Positions 46,709 to 52,452 of a stretch of 52,452 nucleotides of DNA are shown one piece after another. The notes under the pieces are model-generated. The model ran no database searches. It was not told where the DNA came from and saw only the letters and a program-made list of their open reading frames with translations. Positions within the stretch are counted from its first letter, which is position 1; every line of letters begins with the position of its first letter. This DNA is from Escherichia phage EcoM1: sequence record PQ818760.1, one strand, 5' to 3'. The translations under genes and the position numbers were made by a program.

Positions 46709-46725
46709 CACATGCAACTAATGCC
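46709..46725 (-). promoter_or_regulatory. phage promoter-like element (GCATGTG variant)
   Basis: + strand cacatgcaactaatgcc, immediately after the polymerase stop and 29 nt upstream of the 55-aa ORF. Confidence 0.3.
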
Positions 46726-46743
46726 ATCCTTGGCACATAGTTG

Positions 46744-48684
46744 TTACTGACAGAAGTAGTAAGCGTGTTCGCTCATCAGCAACTCTTCTGTAACAATGTT
46801 CTCATGATACATCTGAATGCCACCAAGTTGCTTAGACAGATTCTCGAATTGATTGTTGGTTACAAAGATTTCAACATATGCTGCACGAATAACTTCCATC
46901 ATACGTGGAGCATCTGCCAGACAGCAACGGAAACAATCATGGATTGAAGTAAAGCCACGAAGACCAGCCTCTTTAGCTTTAACTGCAACAGTACGAGCAA
47001 CCAATGCGTCAATACCTTGAATGTAGTTAACAACGAAAGTACGCTTGAATTCTTCTTTAGTTGGATTGGATTCACGAATGGTCCAAGGCTTATTCTCCTG
47101 AATCTGGCCAAAGATAACACGAGTTTGAGAGTCAACACGAATGCTGAATGCCTCACAGATTTCACGAGATGGGAAGCAAGGCTTCATTACAACCTGACCA
47201 TCAGTGTGACGATATGTGATGTACTCTTTACCAAGTTCAACACAACGGTTGTATGCAGCATCAGCAGCCTTCTCAATGAACATGTTAATCTTAGCACCCA
47301 ATGCGTTATGGATTGCTTCTACACACAGTTCAGCAAATGCCTCAGCTTTCTCCATAGGAATCTGGAGCGCTTCTGTCATGTAGCTAATGAAGTCAGATGA
47401 ACCAGTTAATGCAGCTTTACCACCACCATATTGAATAGCCATGTACGGAGTTTTGATAAACTTACGACCAGCTTTCGGATTCAAGAATTCATCCATGATT
47501 TCAGGAGATGGTTTCATTGAAGAACGGTCTAATAACTTCAACAGTTCACGAAGAGATAACTGGTATGGGTCAGATGCTTTAGTCTCAGAATCAACCAGAC
47601 CTGTTGCACGAGCCATTTCCATGTTACCAGCAATGAATGCCAGATATTGAGTACCAGAACATTTAGCATCTAGGCCAAAGCCTACACGAGAATCGCACTC
47701 ACCTGTAGTCTCAAACTTGAACCAATCCAGAGCCAGACGAACATAAGTGAATGGCTTGGAAGGACGTTCAGCTTTAGGCATGTTCATCATGCGAGCAAGT
47801 GAACCAGCTGGATTCTGAGCAACATAAGTTAAACGCTTAGCAGTACACCATTCACCACCCGAAATATCTTCCAGCTCTGCCATGAACATGTTGTATGCAA
47901 TGGTAGTAGAACCATCTTCGTTAAACTTCTTAACGATGTTCTCAACATTGTGAGAATACAAGCAACGAGCAAAGTCAGATGATTGTGGGTTAGGACCAGC
48001 ACATGCTACATGATACAGACGACCACGGTTATCAGCAAAGTAGTCAGAGTACAGCTTATCCTGATTCATCATTGCTACAGCATTGTTCCAAACATGGAGT
48101 TCAGTCTGGATTGCTTCTGGCATCTGCAAGCCACCATAAGTACGTTGCTCAATCATGGACTGGATGATGCGAACCATCTCAGTCTCCACATGGTACTCAG
48201 TATCTTGCAGGAATTCGATTGCAGCTTTCAGAGTTTTGGATGGCTTAACTTTGCCACCTTTAACGAAAGGCTTGCGACGAGATTCAGATGTAACACGCTC
48301 AGTGAATGGCACTGCTGTGTCTTTGGTTGTAACCAGCTCAACCCATGTGTCAGTCTGTTGGAATGACTTGTCTTCGTTCATGGTGATGAAGCCAAAGTGC
48401 TTAGCCAGACCAATGAGGTTGATAGCTGGGTCAACATAGTGCATTGCTTTCAAATCGTTGTTATAACGGTTGGCATCAGCAATAGAAGCAGAAGCCAGCT
48501 CAACCATCGCGATGGCAGGAACAACGTCATCACGAGTGAAAGACGTCATCATCTTGAAGATGGCTAAGGCAGCAATAGCACAAGTCTGAGGCTGCATATA
48601 GTTCTGTTTCTCTTTGGCACGGTATACCAGAGCAGTGATAGCAGGAACAACGGATTTGATAGTTTGAGTAGTGATAGTAGTCAT
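46744..48684 (-). CDS. single-subunit DNA-dependent RNA polymerase (T7-type)
   Basis: 646 aa with the three catalytic motifs of T7-class polymerases: LDAKCSGTQYLAFIAG (T7 DGSCSGIQHF, motif A), KTPYMAIQYGGGK (T7 KRSVMTLAYGSK, O-helix K/Y), TSIHDCFRCC (T7 LIHDSFGT, motif C). Shorter than T7 RNAP (883 aa). ATG start with GGAG 9 nt upstream. Confidence 0.85.
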   Translation of the reverse strand: MTTITTQTIKSVVPAITALVYRAKEKQNYMQPQTCAIAALAIFKMMTSFTRDDVVPAIAMVELASASIADANRYNNDLKAMHYVDPAINLIGLAKHFGFITMNEDKSFQQTDTWVELVTTKDTAVPFTERVTSESRRKPFVKGGKVKPSKTLKAAIEFLQDTEYHVETEMVRIIQSMIEQRTYGGLQMPEAIQTELHVWNNAVAMMNQDKLYSDYFADNRGRLYHVACAGPNPQSSDFARCLYSHNVENIVKKFNEDGSTTIAYNMFMAELEDISGGEWCTAKRLTYVAQNPAGSLARMMNMPKAERPSKPFTYVRLALDWFKFETTGECDSRVGFGLDAKCSGTQYLAFIAGNMEMARATGLVDSETKASDPYQLSLRELLKLLDRSSMKPSPEIMDEFLNPKAGRKFIKTPYMAIQYGGGKAALTGSSDFISYMTEALQIPMEKAEAFAELCVEAIHNALGAKINMFIEKAADAAYNRCVELGKEYITYRHTDGQVVMKPCFPSREICEAFSIRVDSQTRVIFGQIQENKPWTIRESNPTKEEFKRTFVVNYIQGIDALVARTVAVKAKEAGLRGFTSIHDCFRCCLADAPRMMEVIRAAYVEIFVTNNQFENLSKQLGGIQMYHENIVTEELLMSEHAYYFCQ

Positions 48685-48752
48685 TTGTAAGTCTCCAAGA
48701 TTGTGTATGATTTAACTGAAACGGATTATAATAGCGTAGCCATTACACAATT

Positions 48753-48770
48753 CACTTCCAACTAATATCA
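48753..48770 (-). promoter_or_regulatory. phage promoter-like element upstream of the polymerase gene
   Basis: + strand cacttccaactaatatca, 69 nt upstream of the polymerase ATG; a TATAAT hexamer lies between it and the gene. Confidence 0.35.
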
Positions 48771-48909
48771 CAAACCTGTGCCATTGTTACAACAGCACGG
48801 AGACTTTGACCTTGACCTATAAGCGAAGCGCCTAACTTGGTGTTGTTTGAAAGCCGATAGGCTTTAGGAAAAAGTTGGGGTAGGGACCGTATTTTAAGTC
48901 CGATAGGAC

Positions 48910-49270
48910 GTTGGGCTTCCCCTCCTCGGAGATAAAAATTTTAAAATAATAATGTCACAACTTCCCCTCCTCGCTGGCCCAAAAATAAAAATTATAATTT
49001 TGCCACAATTCTAGTCTCATTAATATTGTAGCAATTTGAGTCTCATTAATTCCGTAACAATATTCGAAATAAAAAAAATTATATAAAAATTTTTATAACA
49101 TAGTCGGACTTCTGTTGTTACTTCGTAACGGGTTCGAACAAATTTCGGCTAGATACAGCTGACCGACCGTGAACGAATCTATATCCAGGTACAGTTGACC
49201 GACCATGTACCATTTGGTTTTGAACTTTACGCATTCCTAATATTACTTTAAATATTGTAGCAATATTGGG
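48910..49270 (-). repeat. AT-rich non-coding block with paired direct repeats
   Basis: Duplicated cttcccctcctcg (48916, 48961), (t/g)agtctcattaat (49012, 49038), ACAG(C/T)TGACCGACC(G/A)TG (49155, 49191), aatattgtagcaat (49022, 49251), and long A/T runs. Coordinates anchored on the polymerase start and the nrdB stop. Confidence 0.45.
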
Positions 49271-49384
49271 AATAAGTAATATTTAACTTTACTTATTTTA
49301 TTCTAGCTCAAAGAGAAACGACGCTAACGCATCGAATCTCTTCTCGCATATTAACTGACAAACGTCAGCCCTCACCGTATCCAA

Positions 49385-50485
49385 TCATAATTCAAATCCA
49401 CCTAGAGCATTGGTATCCACTTCGGAGTCAATCTGCCCGACAAGGTACGAACTAATCTCCGTTTCCTGCGGAGCAACCTGTACAGCATCCGAATTCAACC
49501 ATGCGTTAATCCACGGAATCGGGTTAGTAGCACCTTTGAATGGAGCATCTAATCCAACTGCTTGCATACGAATATTCGTGATATATTCCACATATCCGCA
49601 CAGAATTTGCTTGTTTAAGCCAATCATTGAGCCATCTTTGAACAGATAATCAGCCCAATCTTTCTCTTGTTGGGCCACATTTTCGAACATTTCTTGGCAT
49701 TCTTGACGGCATTCTTTAGCAATTTCGGCCATTTCTGGGTCATCAACACCACTTGCAAGAAGGTTCAGCATGTGTTGAGTTCCGGTCAAATGGAGTGCTT
49801 CATCACGAGCAATTAAGCGAATAATCTTGGCATTTCCTTCCATTAACTTGCGTTCAGCGAAGGCAAATGAGCAAGCAAAGCTGACATAAAAGCGGATTGC
49901 TTCCAGTGCATTGATAGACATGAGGCATAAATACAGCTTCTTCTTAAGCTCACGAAGAGAAACTTTATCTTCATGCAGATGCCACATGGAAGTTAGATGT
50001 TGAAGCTCGTCATAATATTGGGAGATGCCAATTGCACGCATTTTAATATGCTCATTCTCCACAATTTCATCGAAAATTGCGCTTGGGTCTGTCACGATAT
50101 TACGAATAATATGCGTGTAAGAACGAGAATGAATTGTCTCTGAGAATGACCAAGTTTCAATCCAAGTTTCAAGCTCAGGAATGCTCACAATTGGTAGCAA
50201 AACTGTAGTTGGTCCGCGTCCTTGAATAGAATCAAGCAGGATTTGGTATCGTAAATTGCTGGTGAAAATGTGTTTCTCACACTCAGGAAGACCAGCATAG
50301 TCAATTCGGTCCTGGCTAACATCAACCTCCTCAGGTCGCCAAAAGAAAGACAACTGCTTCTCGATTAACTTCTCGAAGATGCTGTACTTCTGTTGGTCAT
50401 ATCGAGCAACGTTAACGTTCTGACCAAAGAACATTGGCTCTAGTAGTTGGTTATTCTTGGTTTGTGAAAAGGTAGTGTAAGCCAT
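49385..50485 (-). CDS. nrdB: ribonucleotide reductase class Ia beta subunit
   Basis: [15 protein letters not shown] with the E-x2-H-x3-Y iron/tyrosyl-radical arrangement, a second carboxylate-His site (RDEALH), and upstream Asp/Glu ligands; 366 aa. Confidence 0.9.
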   Translation of the reverse strand: MAYTTFSQTKNNQLLEPMFFGQNVNVARYDQQKYSIFEKLIEKQLSFFWRPEEVDVSQDRIDYAGLPECEKHIFTSNLRYQILLDSIQGRGPTTVLLPIVSIPELETWIETWSFSETIHSRSYTHIIRNIVTDPSAIFDEIVENEHIKMRAIGISQYYDELQHLTSMWHLHEDKVSLRELKKKLYLCLMSINALEAIRFYVSFACSFAFAERKLMEGNAKIIRLIARDEALHLTGTQHMLNLLASGVDDPEMAEIAKECRQECQEMFENVAQQEKDWADYLFKDGSMIGLNKQILCGYVEYITNIRMQAVGLDAPFKGATNPIPWINAWLNSDAVQVAPQETEISSYLVGQIDSEVDTNALGGFEL

Positions 50486-51039
50486 TACAGATTTCCTAGA
50501 TACTCATAGAATTTATGGCCACCATAACGTCCCAAACCTTTTACATTCTTGAAGTTACACTTCTCCGATGCTGTACAAAAGTGGGTTGCTTTGGTGACAG
50601 AGGGTTGATTAAATAATACAAAAGAGATTGCAACATTAATGGTGTCCAGAACTTGTTGTTGTTCTGTGGCATAATTAATCTTTGCTACATGCTTCCATTG
50701 AGCATTCTTCTTCTTTGCTTCTCGTGTCCATGCAAATTGATTGCGTTGATAGACAACATCACAAACGGTGTTAGCGAATGGCTTCCCGAACTCTGTTCTA
50801 TTGCGGACGACATTAGCTACCAGAATCTTTCCATGTTTGTCTTCTCCGCGAGCCTCATACCAGATAACTTTAGTGTAGCATTCTAGCTCTTTGCGTTGTG
50901 AAGAAGATAGTTTCAGACTTCCATTTAAATAAGAATGACTTGCAAAATCTGTAATAGCAGAATTCACTGCCCCAACCGAAGCTGGGGCGTTGATGTGAAC
51001 TAAAGCTGTCAGAAGTGCAAGAACTTTGAATGATAGCAT
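50485..51039 (-). CDS. secreted cell-wall hydrolase, CwlJ/SleB-like
   Basis: N-terminal signal peptide ([24 protein letters not shown]) then [24 protein letters not shown] and [11 protein letters not shown], matching the CwlJ/SleB catalytic-domain signature; immediately downstream of the holin. Confidence 0.7.
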   Translation of the reverse strand: MLSFKVLALLTALVHINAPASVGAVNSAITDFASHSYLNGSLKLSSSQRKELECYTKVIWYEARGEDKHGKILVANVVRNRTEFGKPFANTVCDVVYQRNQFAWTREAKKKNAQWKHVAKINYATEQQQVLDTINVAISFVLFNQPSVTKATHFCTASEKCNFKNVKGLGRYGGHKFYEYLGNL

Positions 51040-51056
51040 TCGAGTTCCTTATCATT

Positions 51057-51398
51057 TCATCGTGCCTTCTTGAACCACGTTAAAGGGTTAAGTTGTTTGA
51101 TTGCGCCAGAGAAGCTTTCCCTGACAGTTGTGATAATGAGGTTTGCACCGATGACACCAATCACGATAGCCAGAACTAACTGCATTGTGACGTTAGTGGT
51201 GAAAGTTTCAAACGTGCCAGCAACATGAAAGGCAAACAAGCCAATCAAGCTGCATAGCGCTGCATCCAGCAACGCTTTGCTTAAACCTTCACTTTCGTAT
51301 GCACCACGGATTAAAGCCGTCAGACCAGCCAGCAGCCCATGCCATACGCCATACTGGTGCATCAGGTCCACAAACATCTGAATGGATAAGCGTTCCAT
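51057..51398 (-). CDS. holin, lambda-S-like class I
   Basis: From MERLSIQMF...: three hydrophobic segments and LIRGAYESEGLSKALLDAALCSLIGLFAF aligning with lambda S ([28 protein letters not shown]). An in-frame upstream Met (MPSGNGWLKEIM) gives a possible dual-start antiholin form; track ORF extends to 51506. Confidence 0.7.
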   Translation of the reverse strand: MERLSIQMFVDLMHQYGVWHGLLAGLTALIRGAYESEGLSKALLDAALCSLIGLFAFHVAGTFETFTTNVTMQLVLAIVIGVIGANLIITTVRESFSGAIKQLNPLTWFKKAR

Positions 51399-51405
51399 GA
51401 TTTCC

Positions 51406-52452
51406 TTAAGCCACCCGTTTCCAGAAGGCATAATAGTGGGACGAGTTGCGCACGTTAAGCGCCGCGCCGTCACCAGTTGAGGTTGTAGTGTTGTTGCTAG
51501 GACCACCCGTGGTTAGTGCCGTGCCTCCCGTACTTCCTGCACTAGAGCCGCCACTTGTACCTGTGAAGTTAGGCAAGTCAACAGAGTGCGTGTGGTTGCC
51601 ATTAGCATTGGCTGTACCGCTAATGCTGTGGGTATGGTTGCCAGCACCGTTTGTCGAGCCAACGTGTGTCTGAGCAGAGTTTGAGGAAGCAACCCTACCA
51701 GAACGTACGTTGGCGTTATCACCCTGAGATATTGGGTGGGAGTGCTCACCAGCAGCGTTAGCTGTGCCACTAAGCGAGTGGTCGTGCCAACCAGCGGTGC
51801 TGGTGTTCACTGCCCCGTGGTCGTGGTTGATTGTGTGAGTGTGGGACATCGTGTGGGAGTGGGCTGCAATACCGTGAGTGTGGTTTTGCATTCCGTGTGT
51901 GTGGCCCGGCAAGTTGGCTACAGCAATGCTGGCAGTATCTGACCCAGCTACTGAACCAATCTGCCCATCAGCCGTCCCAGCTTCCGGACCAGTCGCAGCA
52001 CGGGCAGTACGACCATCAGTGATTTGTTCCCACACAGTACCGGTGAATGTGTTGTTCGGGTTGGTGGCATTATCAAACTTGAGGACAATACCGATTGGAT
52101 AGATTGCATTATAAATGTTGTTTGCATTTATAAGCTCCACCCAATTCCCAAATGCCTCACTATCTGCGGCATAGTTTTGGCTACGAACCCAGCAACGCAA
52201 TGTGCCGTATGTCGTATATCGTTGCATCACCCTACCAAACTTATTGGCGCTGTGAGGCAACACTTCAAGAGTTCCTGCCTGAGCACCTGCTGGGTAATTG
52301 TTTGAAGTCGTGGCATAAGCATTGGACGATTGGTAATACACACCTACACTGTCCATTCCCGTGAGGGTGTCCAATTTTGTATTGTCCAGGTTGGTACGAG
52401 ACTTCATGTAGTGCTCGTCAACCAGTGCATCTAAAGAATAGCCTTTAGCCAT
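51406..52452 (-). CDS. fiber-like protein with His-x-His repeats
   Basis: 348 aa; ATG is the last three bases of the window; C-terminal half has about 10 HxH motifs (GHTHGMQNHTHGIAAHSHTMSHTHTINHDH...NHTHSISG...NHTHSV) like metal-binding fiber tip domains. Assignment by motif analogy. Confidence 0.4.
   Translation of the reverse strand: MAKGYSLDALVDEHYMKSRTNLDNTKLDTLTGMDSVGVYYQSSNAYATTSNNYPAGAQAGTLEVLPHSANKFGRVMQRYTTYGTLRCWVRSQNYAADSEAFGNWVELINANNIYNAIYPIGIVLKFDNATNPNNTFTGTVWEQITDGRTARAATGPEAGTADGQIGSVAGSDTASIAVANLPGHTHGMQNHTHGIAAHSHTMSHTHTINHDHGAVNTSTAGWHDHSLSGTANAAGEHSHPISQGDNANVRSGRVASSNSAQTHVGSTNGAGNHTHSISGTANANGNHTHSVDLPNFTGTSGGSSAGSTGGTALTTGGPSNNTTTSTGDGAALNVRNSSHYYAFWKRVA

Noticed and set aside
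48722-48735. A host sigma70 promoter for the polymerase gene at the TATAAT hexamer.
   Set aside because: The hexamer reads TATAAT on both strands, but no acceptable -35 hexamer lies at 16-18 bp spacing on the gene strand; left as unresolved.
49120-49145. gggttcgaac, resembling a tRNA T-loop, in the AT-rich block.
   Set aside because: No complementary stems; only a small local hairpin (GTTAC-ttc-GTAAC).
49385-52452. First impression of a T4-like phage, from the HxH fiber-tip-like protein, nrdB and dUTPase.
   Set aside because: No T4-type capsid, sheath or replication genes; instead a T7-type RNA polymerase, primase-helicase and family-A polymerase with a lambda-S-like holin.
1-52452. CRISPR arrays, integrase, transposase or other mobile-element genes.
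   Set aside because: No regularly spaced direct repeats with spacers and no ORF with integrase- or transposase-like motifs found by eye; the repeat blocks are irregular and AT-rich.

Overview
The window reads as a near-complete, densely packed genome of a virulent tailed phage in reverse-complement orientation: every credible gene is on the minus strand, and the window edges fall exactly on ORF boundaries. All calls are from reading the sequence and the ORF track by eye; no searches were run. Gene order on the minus strand (high to low coordinates): a His-x-His-repeat fibre-like protein, a lambda-S-like holin, a secreted CwlJ/SleB-like wall hydrolase and nrdB (52.4-49.4 kb); an AT-rich repeat block; a T7-type single-subunit RNA polymerase (48.7-46.7 kb); a 1 kb repeat-dense non-coding block; about 35 small early genes (45.3-34.8 kb) including an ArdA-like anti-restriction protein, an M15 peptidase endolysin and a protein carrying a host-SSB-like ...DFDDDIPF tail; ORF-poor islands with a tRNA-like gene and an overlapping spanin pair (34.8-32.3 kb); a T7-like replication module (ThyX-like, primase-helicase, family-A DNA polymerase, exonuclease, HNH, ligase, kinase, dUTPase); then terminase, portal, capsid, and a contractile tail with sheath, tube, tape measure, baseplate and fibres (22.4-0 kb). 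A contractile-tail morphogenesis set combined with a T7-like polymerase and replisome matches what I recall for phiEcoM-GJ1-like phages (Chaseviridae), but that assignment is unverified. The most interesting unexplained signals are a recurrent promoter-like element at nine or more intergenic sites, a consensus sigma70 promoter pointing antisense to all genes, and the two repeat blocks flanking the polymerase gene. Start codons are uncertain for many genes because the ORF track accepts TTG/GTG starts.
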